DNA of 64,000 nt, taken from a virus. Taxonomy: Duplodnaviria; Caudoviricetes. Position numbers and translations under genes: made by a program. The notes under the pieces are model-generated. The model had not been told where the DNA came from and did no database searches. It saw only the letters and a program-made list of their open reading frames with translations. Location of the stretch: the IMG/VR virus record IMGVR_UViG_3300032330_000989, positions 1,410 through 65,409 of that record; one strand, given 5' to 3'. Shown here piece by piece: positions 9,128 to 19,355 of this stretch (positions are counted from its first letter, which is position 1; each line of letters opens with the position of its first letter).

Positions 9128-9589
9128 ATGGCAAACATGTGGGATCTAACCGGCACTTACGTAGCCGCAAATTATCGTAAGGTTAATCCAAGCACACAGC
9201 TTGGTACTCGTAGACTTCGTTTCCTCAAGGTAGTAGTTGGCGGTGGTGCACCAAATCTAACTACTAACCAGGGCGATTCAGACAGCGCATTTTCAAAGGT
9301 AGTTTTTGCTATACAGAACTACGGTGAAGTATGGGCAATTGGAAATCCAAGTTCAACTTCCGTTGTTTTCGTAATGAGCGATGACACTGCACAGGATTCA
9401 GCAGATGGCGAGAATATGATCGAAGTTGCTGGTAACTGGGGACAGGCAGAAGCAAACATCGTAGAGAGAATCGGCGGAAGCTGCACAATCACTGATCTTT
9501 ATCTAAACGGTGCTACATTCAGTGATCTTCCAGATGATACTCTAGATGGAACAGCAGCAAGCCTACTAGGTACAATCGCAAAGGGCTAA
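9128..9589 (+). CDS. hypothetical protein, possibly virion structural
   Basis: TAAATA and GGAG upstream; terminator downstream. Confidence 0.7.
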   Translation: MANMWDLTGTYVAANYRKVNPSTQLGTRRLRFLKVVVGGGAPNLTTNQGDSDSAFSKVVFAIQNYGEVWAIGNPSSTSVVFVMSDDTAQDSADGENMIEVAGNWGQAEANIVERIGGSCTITDLYLNGATFSDLPDDTLDGTAASLLGTIAKG

Positions 9590-9610
9590 TAGTTAACAAC
9601 TATAGTAAGA

Positions 9611-9640
9611 AGAGGGCAGTTTTTATAACTGCCCTTTTTT
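9611..9640 (+). terminator. intrinsic terminator
   Basis: AGGGCAGTT/AACTGCCCT stem plus T tract. Confidence 0.85.
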
Positions 9641-9658
9641 TATGGATAATTAAACTTA

Positions 9659-10060
9659 ATGCAATACTTCCGGATACTAACCTTAGTGGACATAACACGC
9701 ACAAATGTTTTCAAAGACTCTATCGATCCTTTCGCAAAACGACAACAGGATAACTTCCAGACCCTACATCAAACACTTGAGATGCGTGGTATAGTGTTCA
9801 CCGAATCAGATCCTAAGATGGAGATGATGGATTGGACAAAGTATGGATACGGTAGGAAGGAAGCGACCTGGGTATGGGAGATATCAACAGAACGGGACGA
9901 TCTCTACTTGATAGACGATAACCCTGTTGGTGGCATGATACTTGATGTAGAGTATATACCGTTTGTAGATCAATGCACCGAGACAGCATACTTTAAGCAA
10001 TGTGTGTTCTCCGCAAGGTTAAAACCCATTAATATTCTTTTCGAGTGTATCGATAAATAA
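9659..10060 (+). CDS. hypothetical protein
   Basis: ORF track; gene-dense context. Confidence 0.7.
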   Translation: MQYFRILTLVDITRTNVFKDSIDPFAKRQQDNFQTLHQTLEMRGIVFTESDPKMEMMDWTKYGYGRKEATWVWEISTERDDLYLIDDNPVGGMILDVEYIPFVDQCTETAYFKQCVFSARLKPINILFECIDK

Positions 10061-10139
10061 AAGCAGTAGGCATTTTCCAGGCATCAATAGGCGTCACTAT
10101 ACAGCAATCCGAGAACATAATTGCGGGAGAGAACGGGCT

Positions 10140-10376
10140 ATGGGTAAAGCTACAGAAATCGAGAAAGAAAGTCTCGAGGCACACGTTGAATTGTGCCAAC
10201 AGAGATACGAGTCTCTAGAACGACGCTTAGGTAATATAGAAACCAAAGTAGAAGAGATACACGCAGAAATGATAGACAGCCGTACATCGATGGCAAAAGT
10301 TATCATGGGATCCGCTGGAACAGTTGTAGTAGGATTAATATCAACAATCGTTGTTTTAATAACGAAACTACACTAA
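10140..10376 (+). CDS. small coiled-coil protein with C-terminal TM helix
   Basis: heptad region followed by a hydrophobic tail. Confidence 0.7.
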   Translation: MGKATEIEKESLEAHVELCQQRYESLERRLGNIETKVEEIHAEMIDSRTSMAKVIMGSAGTVVVGLISTIVVLITKLH

Positions 10377-10397
10377 GTACATTAGTGGGACAAGACA

Positions 10398-10889
10398 ATG
10401 AGATTTAGAGAATTTAAAAGCATTAACGAAAACACACCAGCAGTTATCCAACGGGATCTTAAAACCCTTAGTCCAAATCTAATACAGATGACTAAGGACC
10501 TAAGTGGTAAGATAGGTAATAAGATTGCCGCTGCTGTTGGACAGGCACCTCCAGATCCAAAAGCAAGTAAAATACAAGTACCTCCCGGTATGCAATCGCA
10601 GATGCAGGTACAGCCAACTGCTATACAACAGGCCCAAAAGCAAGTAGCACAACAACAAGCAAAACCTAAGACTCCAACGATTCCAGCTGTTGGATCGCAG
10701 ATAGTATTACCAGATCTAGATACTAAGAAGCCAGGATCATTTACTATTAAGAAAACAGGTTCTGAGGTAACACTTGAACCAGTAAAGCAAACAGCAAATG
10801 CTCCAAGAGTTAATGTTATCGTTAAGCCAAACGATCTAGAAAAAGCATTAGCCGCAGTTGATCCAAATAGTAAGGTTGGAACAAAATGA
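10398..10889 (+). CDS. hypothetical protein, probably head-associated
   Basis: MRFREFKSINE N-terminus. Confidence 0.65.
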   Translation: MRFREFKSINENTPAVIQRDLKTLSPNLIQMTKDLSGKIGNKIAAAVGQAPPDPKASKIQVPPGMQSQMQVQPTAIQQAQKQVAQQQAKPKTPTIPAVGSQIVLPDLDTKKPGSFTIKKTGSEVTLEPVKQTANAPRVNVIVKPNDLEKALAAVDPNSKVGTK

Positions 10890-11116
10890 GGATTAAAGAA
10901 CTATTCCGACCACATATGCTTATCGCATTAACTAACGAAGAGAACCAGTTTCTAATGAGACATAATGAACATAATATTGACTTAGAAAACTTGGAACCAC
11001 GTGAATCACGCATTGCAGAAAACTTGATTTATAAAGATATTCTGTGTAAAATAAACAATACACAAGCAATGGTGAACAAACATGTATCAACACAGCACAC
11101 GAGAACTAGCAAATAG
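10886..11116 (+). CDS. hypothetical protein
   Basis: ATGA overlap with previous gene; MRIKELF start. Confidence 0.65.
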   Translation: MRIKELFRPHMLIALTNEENQFLMRHNEHNIDLENLEPRESRIAENLIYKDILCKINNTQAMVNKHVSTQHTRTSK

Positions 11117-11525
11117 ACTTGACGATCTAGCTACTACCTCTATCAGTAATGCGGCAATACCGATTATTACACGTTCTGGCATCGCTGTTGGACATTATCA
11201 TATTAGGGTAGAAGATGGTAAGTTTTCCGTTAAAAAACGTAAATCTGTAGTGTATACTACACATACTAAAACCGCAGCTCTAATCATAGCAGGAATGCTT
11301 AATAAGCAGTACAAACCTGAGGACATAGTTAGGGTTTTACAAGCAGATTATGTAATATATTCTACAAAGAACGATTTGGAATCATTTAAGCACCACTATG
11401 ATCTAGCCATTAAGAGCAATGATCCTATTAAAGAGGGTATTATGCTTTCTAGATTTGAACAGGCTGACGACCGTTATCAAGCAGCCAAACAAATACTGAA
11501 GCAATCTTATTCTAAGTTATTCTAA
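11082..11525 (+). CDS. hypothetical protein
   Basis: ORF track. Confidence 0.65.
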   Translation: MYQHSTRELANRLDDLATTSISNAAIPIITRSGIAVGHYHIRVEDGKFSVKKRKSVVYTTHTKTAALIIAGMLNKQYKPEDIVRVLQADYVIYSTKNDLESFKHHYDLAIKSNDPIKEGIMLSRFEQADDRYQAAKQILKQSYSKLF

Positions 11526-11567
11526 ATGGAAGATAAATAACATTAATATCTAGGATAGGATACCCAC

Positions 11568-12869
11568 ATGAAAACTAGTGATTTTTACATCAAACCATCT
11601 TCAAAGAACATTAACGAGTCAATGAAAAAGAAATTTGGCGAAAAGTTAGACTTAGACAGCTACACTACTGACCAGCTTAGTAAAACCTTCAAGTTAATTG
11701 AAAACAGGATGGCTGGCTATAAGAACAGCAAGTTTAATGATACTCTTAACAGTGAGGAATATCATCGTCTAACATTTATGAGAGATGCTGTTAAGACTGC
11801 TATCTCAGAGCGCAAGGCAAAGCCAGACTTCCTTGACCTCGACAAGGATGGCAATAAGAAAGAGCCAATGAAGAAGGCTGCTAAGGACAAGAAGAAGCCA
11901 GTTAAAGAGAACATGCAGACTATGTTCGAACTAGCCAAGGATCTAGCAGAGAAGTATAAGGATGCTCACCAGAGAGGCGATCACAGAAAGATGGCTTTCT
12001 ATGAGAAGGCTCTAGAAGAGTGCGGTGCTACTATCAGCCACGGCCCAATGGGTGAGTGCATGATGAGCCATCCACATCAGGGTGGTGGTAAGCCGATGCC
12101 AGTAGGTATACTAAGTCCATCGGGCATTGTTAGAGCAAAGGGACCTGCTCCACTAATGACTAGTGAAGCCAAGAAAGCAAAGCCAGACTTCCTTGATATG
12201 GACAAGGACGGCAACAAGAAAGAAACAATGAAGAAGGCCGTTAAGGACAAGGACGGTGGTGAAGGTAAGAAGGAAGGTAAGAAGGGTATGAGCGCAAAGC
12301 AACAGAAGTTCTTTGGTAAGAAGAAGCCAGTTAAGGAAAGCGTTGATCAAGCAATCCGTCGTTACCTCCTAGAGGGTGAAGAAGGTAAGGCCGAGCTAGT
12401 AATGGCTGTTAAGAACATGGTTGATAAGTTTACTGGATGGAGCGAGGATATCGCAAAGATGCAGGCACAGTCGGCAATGGAAATGGCAGATGAGATCCGT
12501 GACGAGCTAGGAAGTGATCAGGCAGAAGCATTTACACAGGCAATTGCTCCTGCTCTAGATGCTGCATTCCAGGCTGTTAAGGCTGCTCGTGAAGCACTAA
12601 ATGGCCAGGTTGGGTCAATGACAGGCGGCGGTCCGGCTGCCATGGGTGCTGAGCCAGATATGGGCGCAGGTATGGATGCAGGAATGCCAGGTGACGACAT
12701 GGGTGGCGATATGCCAGACATGGGTGGTGACGACATGGGTGCTGATATGGGCGGTGCTGATACGGGTGCTGATATTGCAGCAGCAGGTGAGACACCTCCA
12801 GGTGGACGTGAGAAGCGTGAGAGCATTGAGCGCACACGTAGACTAACAAAGATCTTATCTGGTCGATGA
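11568..12869 (+). CDS. putative prohead core/scaffold-like protein
   Basis: charged helical protein, duplicated KPDFLDxDKDGNKKE motif, acidic G/M/D tail; function inferred. Confidence 0.5.
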   Translation: MKTSDFYIKPSSKNINESMKKKFGEKLDLDSYTTDQLSKTFKLIENRMAGYKNSKFNDTLNSEEYHRLTFMRDAVKTAISERKAKPDFLDLDKDGNKKEPMKKAAKDKKKPVKENMQTMFELAKDLAEKYKDAHQRGDHRKMAFYEKALEECGATISHGPMGECMMSHPHQGGGKPMPVGILSPSGIVRAKGPAPLMTSEAKKAKPDFLDMDKDGNKKETMKKAVKDKDGGEGKKEGKKGMSAKQQKFFGKKKPVKESVDQAIRRYLLEGEEGKAELVMAVKNMVDKFTGWSEDIAKMQAQSAMEMADEIRDELGSDQAEAFTQAIAPALDAAFQAVKAAREALNGQVGSMTGGGPAAMGAEPDMGAGMDAGMPGDDMGGDMPDMGGDDMGADMGGADTGADIAAAGETPPGGREKRESIERTRRLTKILSGR

Positions 12870-13198
12870 AATTATTCGAACTAGAATCGTCAGATGCTAA
12901 TCTAACGCTGTTGTTGCGTAATCAGATATCACAAGCTGATAGGCAACAACAGCCTAGTTATCTATCATGGGATGCTTTAAATAGCCTCATGGTGAACATT
13001 GGCGATGAACAATTTGATTATGATAGCTTTAAGAACAGTTATGATACAAACCCAATGATCAAGCAGTTAGTACAACGCTTTGATGCTAGAGGGGTTGAAC
13101 TTAAGACTAGGACTAAGAATCCTAAGAAGGCACAGCCCGGCGGCGAAGGCGAAGTCGCTAAGATGGCAAAGGCTGCTACTAACCGTCGTCAAGGTTAA
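12866..13198 (+). CDS. hypothetical protein
   Basis: ATGA overlap; MKLFELE start. Confidence 0.7.
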   Translation: MKLFELESSDANLTLLLRNQISQADRQQQPSYLSWDALNSLMVNIGDEQFDYDSFKNSYDTNPMIKQLVQRFDARGVELKTRTKNPKKAQPGGEGEVAKMAKAATNRRQG

Positions 13199-13833
13199 CG
13201 TTTATGACAATAGATATCATCTACTACGTGATACCAATTTGGATCTAAATTAAGATCAGGCGGCATCTTCCCGCTTTCTATTCTTATACAATCAAGTTTT
13301 GTTAATATATTAATATTTGGGATTTCTAATAATGCTTCATACCCTAATGGTCGAATCTTAACACATATTTCCCATGCCTGACCAAAAACATAAACATTCT
13401 TTATATGTGGATTTTTAGATAGATAATATTCAAATTCCCATCCCCAAAGCATTGCTATCTGGAATTTATTAGGATTTACATAATTTAAAATTTCCGGGGC
13501 TGTATGTTCTAAATCATGAGGACGATAATAGTCATTAAAAAACTTTTGCATGAAATGCAAATCTATTAAAGTTCTAGTCCCTTTCATACCACCATTAAAG
13601 ATATAATAATAATTCTGATGCCAAACTGTGTTTTTTTCTTCGTAACAATTGTAAGATGCTAAAACAACAGTTTCGATTGAATTTGATTTTGAATCGTTTA
13701 AAAAATTTAATAGATTCTGGCCTTTTTTCTTATCAGATCTTGCCCAAAAATCTATTAAAATAGCTATACTAGGTTCATTAATATCAATCATGAAATTATT
13801 TATCTTGTAACTTGACAATAGAGAATTTTTCAA
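13195..13833 (-). CDS. isochorismatase-fold-like protein, likely paralog of 353..988 (start possibly 13791)
   Basis: AILIDFW and FGQAWEIC motifs; AT-rich. Confidence 0.45.
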   Translation of the reverse strand: MKNSLLSSYKINNFMIDINEPSIAILIDFWARSDKKKGQNLLNFLNDSKSNSIETVVLASYNCYEEKNTVWHQNYYYIFNGGMKGTRTLIDLHFMQKFFNDYYRPHDLEHTAPEILNYVNPNKFQIAMLWGWEFEYYLSKNPHIKNVYVFGQAWEICVKIRPLGYEALLEIPNINILTKLDCIRIESGKMPPDLNLDPNWYHVVDDIYCHKR

Positions 13834-13846
13834 TTATTATAAAAGA

Positions 13847-14524
13847 ATGACCTTATTAAAGCCAAAGTACGATTACGCAAAGATACAACGCAAATCAATA
13901 GATGGTAAGAGACTTTACGAATGTCCAGATGGCAATGCTGTAGCAAGCGTTACTACTATCTTAGATAAAACAAAAGATAAAACACACCTCATAGAATGGC
14001 GTAAACGTGTAGGTGAAAAGAAAGCACAAGAAATCGTAACAGAAGCAGCAGGTAGAGGTACCCGTATGCACAAGTTCCTTGAAGACTATGTTGAAACGGG
14101 TATTATGCCCGAACCTGGTACTAATCCCTATTCCGCACAAGCACATAAGATGGCAGGAATCATAAGAGATACTGCTTTAACAGATCTAAATGAAGCTTGG
14201 GGGCAAGAAGTTAATCTATACTTCCCACAGATATATGCTGGTACTACAGACTTAGTTGGACTTTACAAAGGTAATCCTTCAATCCTTGATTATAAGCAGA
14301 CCAACAAGCCTAAGAAGAAAGAATGGGTTGAAGATTACTATCTACAGTTAGTAGCTTATGCTGAAGCACATAATGAGATACATGGAACAAACATTCGCGA
14401 AGGACATATCTTTATGTGTAGCCAAGATTTCCAATATCAACAATTTGATCTATTGCCAGAAGATTACGATCATTGGAGGAACGAATGGTGGAAGCGGGTT
14501 GAGCAATACTATCTGAACAACTAA
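13847..14524 (+). CDS. PD-(D/E)XK exonuclease
   Basis: GTRMH, YAGTTD...ILDYK, YYLQLVAY. Confidence 0.9.
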   Translation: MTLLKPKYDYAKIQRKSIDGKRLYECPDGNAVASVTTILDKTKDKTHLIEWRKRVGEKKAQEIVTEAAGRGTRMHKFLEDYVETGIMPEPGTNPYSAQAHKMAGIIRDTALTDLNEAWGQEVNLYFPQIYAGTTDLVGLYKGNPSILDYKQTNKPKKKEWVEDYYLQLVAYAEAHNEIHGTNIREGHIFMCSQDFQYQQFDLLPEDYDHWRNEWWKRVEQYYLNN

Positions 14525-14549
14525 ATATATAAAAGCACGGAGCGTTAAT

Positions 14550-16208
14550 ATGTCAGTTGTTCAAATTTCTCGAATCCAACAACGTAGAGGTAGAAAGATT
14601 ACCCAAGGATTTCCACAATTAGCAAGTGGAGAAATAGGTTGGGCTATTGATACACAACAGATTTATATCGGAAATGGAGCTGTAAGTGAAGGTGCTCCTT
14701 ATGTTGGTAATACTGAGATATTAACTGAACATAGTGATCTATTACAACAAGCAGCATTATATCAATATAAGAAAAATGATCCAAATATACAAACAGGTGC
14801 ATCTAGCACAACTCCAGTTACAAGAAACTTACAAAGTAGATTAGATGATATAGTTTCAATTAAATCATTTGGTGTTGTTCCTGATGGAAACCTTGATGAT
14901 TTAGGAAATTTAACTGGTAATTATACTGATAATACTGCTGCTATACAAAGAGCTATTTTTCAAATATTCTTAAATTCTGCTACAAAAACTAAACCAGCAA
15001 GCCGTGTAGTGCTATATATGGATCCAGGTGTATATGTTATTTCAAACGAAATTAAAATACCACCGTTCGTACATATAATCGGAGCAGGTGTTGATAGCAC
15101 TATTATATATCAAGTTGGAGATCATCCAATTTTTAAGACAGTGGCTAATAACCCAGCTGGAACTTATTTAGAATTTGATCAAATGAATTACTACCCAGAT
15201 AGACCGCGTCACATATTAATCTCAAACTTAACATTGAAGACAAATAGTTTAATTACTAGTATAATAAGTGTAGATAATACTGATTCGACTTTATTTGATA
15301 GGATCAATTTTAAAGGTGAGTATGCTAGTATAACAACGTCACCTGAAGCTAATCAACATGGAGTAATACTCCGTGGGCGCAGTCATGTGTGGCGTCCTAA
15401 CAACATTGTATTTAATTTCTGTATATTTGATAGTACCGGTTATGGGGTATATAGTGATAGCGATCATAATAATATAAGTTTTAGTAATTGTTTATTCTAT
15501 CAACTATATGATGCTATTAATATTGGTGGTGGTGATGATGGTGCCATTAATACTAAAATAACAAATTGTTATTTTGATCAAATAGCAGAATACGGAATCT
15601 ATATTAAAAAAGGATATGGAAATACTAGTTCCAATAATAAGTTTATGCTTGTTGGCGGAAATGGTGAAGGAAATGCTAATGCAACATACCCGATTATAAA
15701 ATTTGATACAGTTGATAATCAAAGTATTGGAGATTTCTTTCAAAGAAGTCGATTACTTAAAGGCGCTGGATTAGCAACAAAGTCATTTATACCAAATATA
15801 CAATCTCCAGGCATACTTTACGATAACAATAGTTTTTCTAAAGATTTTACAAATGGGATAAACCCATGTTTATATCTAAATTTTCCATTATTTAATAGCG
15901 GAAAATACATTATAGATTATGTGATAAAAAAGAAAAATGGAGCTGATGTTGTTATAGCTGTAAGAACAGGAACAATAACATTGTCAGTTTATCTAGACTT
16001 CGAAGGCTCAAATTCAACAGTTGATCTAAATGATAGTTTTAGTTATAGTGGTGATGATAGTGTAGAAGACATAGTCTTATCAGCTACTCTTTATGATTTG
16101 AAAAATATACAAGGAAATACTACTCCTGATACATTAACTATTAATTTAACCAATCCAGCTAATAATGGTATTGGTAATATGAATTACACATATCGTATGT
16201 TAACTTAA
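14550..16208 (+). CDS. virion structural protein: Mtd_N-like N-terminus plus pectate-lyase-like beta-helix
   Basis: QISRIQQRRG...LASGEIGWAIDT; SIKSFGVVPDG...DNTAAIQRAI. Confidence 0.75.
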   Translation: MSVVQISRIQQRRGRKITQGFPQLASGEIGWAIDTQQIYIGNGAVSEGAPYVGNTEILTEHSDLLQQAALYQYKKNDPNIQTGASSTTPVTRNLQSRLDDIVSIKSFGVVPDGNLDDLGNLTGNYTDNTAAIQRAIFQIFLNSATKTKPASRVVLYMDPGVYVISNEIKIPPFVHIIGAGVDSTIIYQVGDHPIFKTVANNPAGTYLEFDQMNYYPDRPRHILISNLTLKTNSLITSIISVDNTDSTLFDRINFKGEYASITTSPEANQHGVILRGRSHVWRPNNIVFNFCIFDSTGYGVYSDSDHNNISFSNCLFYQLYDAINIGGGDDGAINTKITNCYFDQIAEYGIYIKKGYGNTSSNNKFMLVGGNGEGNANATYPIIKFDTVDNQSIGDFFQRSRLLKGAGLATKSFIPNIQSPGILYDNNSFSKDFTNGINPCLYLNFPLFNSGKYIIDYVIKKKNGADVVIAVRTGTITLSVYLDFEGSNSTVDLNDSFSYSGDDSVEDIVLSATLYDLKNIQGNTTPDTLTINLTNPANNGIGNMNYTYRMLT

Positions 16209-16231
16209 TAAATACACACCAGGAGCAAGAC

Positions 16232-16993
16232 ATGAAAATTTTACTTGAAGGTGGTAATGTATTTCCAGACGTTACTGCATTTGATCACAAAGATGTACCA
16301 ACTATATTAAAGACTCTAAATCAATCCCTCGAAGGGACCGGAATTAAGGCTATTCCAGTTGGGTCAGCTGCTACTCCTAAACCTGGCAAAAGAAGCGGCG
16401 ACATGGATGTGATCGTTGATGAACAAGCAGTACTTGATTATTTCAAAGCTAAGGATGCCAAGACTGCTCGTAAAGCTCTTAATGACTTTATTGCCAAACG
16501 CGGATTACAGACAGCACAGAGTGGGATCAACGTACACGTAAGAGTTCCAGTTGAGAATGAGTTTGTCCAAGTAGATATTATGGTTTCACAAAAGGCTGAG
16601 AAAGTTAGTAAATTCCATACACACGCTATCCCTGATAACAGTCCGTACAAGGGTGTTAACAAGCAGTTAATGCTTGCTATCTATGCTAAGGAAAAAGGCT
16701 ATATGTGGTCAGCTTGGCAGGGACTATTTGCCCGAAATGCTGAAGGTAAGAAGGGAGACTTCGTAAGCGATGATCTAGATAAGATCGCAAAGATGCTATT
16801 CGGAACAAAAGCAGACAGCCACACACTAGGCTCAGTAGAATCAATGTTAAAGGCATTGCCATCTAATAAAGCTGATGAGCTGCTACAGAAGGCAAAGGCT
16901 GATCCAAATTGGAAGGAAGTAGTCGCTAATGAGTCATTCCAACTAGGAACTAATCAATGGTTCCGTTTCATGATGGACCGACTATCTCGATAA
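16232..16993 (+). CDS. putative Pol-beta-superfamily nucleotidyltransferase
   Basis: VGS-x10-GDMDV motif and later QVD; TAAATA upstream. Confidence 0.65.
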   Translation: MKILLEGGNVFPDVTAFDHKDVPTILKTLNQSLEGTGIKAIPVGSAATPKPGKRSGDMDVIVDEQAVLDYFKAKDAKTARKALNDFIAKRGLQTAQSGINVHVRVPVENEFVQVDIMVSQKAEKVSKFHTHAIPDNSPYKGVNKQLMLAIYAKEKGYMWSAWQGLFARNAEGKKGDFVSDDLDKIAKMLFGTKADSHTLGSVESMLKALPSNKADELLQKAKADPNWKEVVANESFQLGTNQWFRFMMDRLSR

Positions 16994-17060
16994 AAAGACT
17001 TAATTATATAGACATTCACGCGAATAGACACTATATTAAACATATTGAGGTTAAGGAATA

Positions 17061-19355
17061 ATGAGTCGAATTACTGTAATTAAAAGAGACGGTCGCAAAG
17101 AAGAATTAAATCTTGATAAACTACATAAAGCTGTATTCTGGGCAACTGAAGGACTAAACAATGTCAGTCCTAGCGAATTAGAAATCCGTAGCCAACTACA
17201 GTTCTACAACAACATCAAGACTAAAGATATACAAGAAACACTAATCAAAGCCGCTGCTGATCTTATTACTGAGGAAACGCCTAACTATCAATATGTCGCA
17301 GGTCGACTCATTAACTATGCCCTCCGTAAGGAAGTGTATAACAACTACAAGCCATTGAAGTTACTTGATCTAGTAAAGAAGAATGTTGATCTTGGATACT
17401 ATACTAAGGAATTCCTAGATTGGTATGACGAAGCAGAGTGGGAAAAGATTAATTCTTTTGTTGACCACGAACGCGATATGAAGTTAACATATGTAGCAAT
17501 GGAACAGCTACGCGGCAAGTATCTAATACAGAACCGTGTAACTGGACAGATCCTAGAAACACCACAAGTATGTTATATCCTAATCGCTGCTACACTTTTC
17601 AATAGATATCCTAAATCAACTCGTCTACAATGGATTAAGGATTACTACGAGTGTATTAGCACACATCAAATTAGTTTACCAACACCAGTCATGGCAGGTG
17701 TGCGTTCACCACAGCGACAGTTTAGTAGCTGTGTATTGATTGAAACTGACGATAGTCTAGATTCAATCAATTCTACTACAAGTGCTATCGTAAAGTATGT
17801 TAGCCAGAAGGCTGGCATTGGTATTGGAGCAGGACGTATTAGAGCACTAGGTTCACCAATACGAAATGGTGATGCTAGCCATACTGGTGTTATACCGTTT
17901 TATAAGATGTTCCAGGCTGCCGTCAGGAGCTGTAGCCAGGGTGGAGTACGTAATGGAGCAGCAACGCTTTATTATCCAATCTGGCACTACGAAGTAGAGG
18001 ACCTCCTCGTTCTTAAGAATAACAAGGGCGTCGAGGATAATAGGGTGCGTCATATGGACTATGGGGTACAGTTTAATAGACTGTTCTATCAACGTTTGAT
18101 TCAAGGAGGTGATATAACTTTGTTCAGTCCGAATGACGTGCCCGACCTCTACACTTCTTTCTTTAACGATCAAGTACTATTTGAAACATTATATGTAGCA
18201 GCAGAAAAGAATACAAAGCTACGAAAGAAGACACTAAAGGCTATTGACTTGTTCTCTAGCTTCATGCAGGAACGTAAGGATACTGGACGTATCTACTTAC
18301 AGAATGTTGATAATGCAAATACTCACAGTAGTTTCGATGAAGCAGTGGCTCCAATCCGCCAGAGTAATCTATGCGGTGAGATAGATCTTCCAACGAAACC
18401 ACTTACACATATATTCGACGAAGAAGGCAGAATTGCCCTCTGCACTCTAAGTGCTGTCAATTGGGGCGTTATTAAGGACCCCAAGGACTTTGAAAAGCCC
18501 TGTGAACTAGCAGTGCGTGGACTAGACGCTCTGTTAAGTTATCAAGACTATCCAGTAAAAGCCGCTGAGATAGCTACAAAGGAACATCGTCCGCTAGGTG
18601 TTGGTATCATTAACTTAGCATATTGGTTAGCTAAGAACGATTTTAAATATACCGATGCTGCTGCCCTACCAAAGGTGGACGAATATATGGAAGCAATGAG
18701 CTATTATCTTATCAAAGCAAGTGTTAATCTAGCCAAGGAGTTTGGTCCTTGCGGCAAGCCTAGTGATACAAAGTATGCTAAGGGTATAGTTCCAATTGAT
18801 ACTCGCAAGCGAGAGATTGACGAACTAGTTCCACATGTAGAGCGTATGCCTTGGGACGAGCTTAGAGCAGAACTTAAGGAATTTGGTATCCGTAATGCTA
18901 CACTAATGGCAATTATGCCAGCTGAAACTAGTGCCCAGATTGCTAATGCTACTAACGGCATTGAACCACCACGCAGTTATATTTCAATTAAGCAGAGCAA
19001 GCATGGTGTCCTAAAGCAAGTAGTTCCAGAGTTCCGCAAGCTAAAGAACAAGTATGATTTGCTTTGGGATCAGAAGACTCCTGAGGGATATCTTAATATC
19101 TGTGCTGTATTACAGAAATATATCGATCAGGGAATTAGTGTTAATACATCTTACAATCCTCAGTATTATGAGGATGAGAGGATCCCAATGAGCGAATTGC
19201 TACGCCATGTATTACAGTTTTATAAGTATGGCGGAAAGCAACTCTATTACTTCAACAGTTACGATGGCCAGGGAGAGATCGATGTTAACAAGATCAACGA
19301 TCAACCATTAGATGACTTACCACCACAAGAAGATTGCGAGAGCTGCGTAATATGA
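17061..19355 (+). CDS. nrdA: ribonucleotide reductase class Ia alpha subunit
   Basis: ATP cone VIKRDG, FSSC, QSNLCGE, MPAETSA, C-terminal CESC. Confidence 0.98.
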   Translation: MSRITVIKRDGRKEELNLDKLHKAVFWATEGLNNVSPSELEIRSQLQFYNNIKTKDIQETLIKAAADLITEETPNYQYVAGRLINYALRKEVYNNYKPLKLLDLVKKNVDLGYYTKEFLDWYDEAEWEKINSFVDHERDMKLTYVAMEQLRGKYLIQNRVTGQILETPQVCYILIAATLFNRYPKSTRLQWIKDYYECISTHQISLPTPVMAGVRSPQRQFSSCVLIETDDSLDSINSTTSAIVKYVSQKAGIGIGAGRIRALGSPIRNGDASHTGVIPFYKMFQAAVRSCSQGGVRNGAATLYYPIWHYEVEDLLVLKNNKGVEDNRVRHMDYGVQFNRLFYQRLIQGGDITLFSPNDVPDLYTSFFNDQVLFETLYVAAEKNTKLRKKTLKAIDLFSSFMQERKDTGRIYLQNVDNANTHSSFDEAVAPIRQSNLCGEIDLPTKPLTHIFDEEGRIALCTLSAVNWGVIKDPKDFEKPCELAVRGLDALLSYQDYPVKAAEIATKEHRPLGVGIINLAYWLAKNDFKYTDAAALPKVDEYMEAMSYYLIKASVNLAKEFGPCGKPSDTKYAKGIVPIDTRKREIDELVPHVERMPWDELRAELKEFGIRNATLMAIMPAETSAQIANATNGIEPPRSYISIKQSKHGVLKQVVPEFRKLKNKYDLLWDQKTPEGYLNICAVLQKYIDQGISVNTSYNPQYYEDERIPMSELLRHVLQFYKYGGKQLYYFNSYDGQGEIDVNKINDQPLDDLPPQEDCESCVI

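Noticed and set aside
14550-16208. Diversity-generating retroelement target
   Set aside because: The Mtd_N-like N-terminus is present, but no reverse transcriptase or TR/VR repeat pair was seen.
17005-17050. NrdR box upstream of nrdA
   Set aside because: ACACTATATT matches only half of the consensus, in AT-rich DNA.
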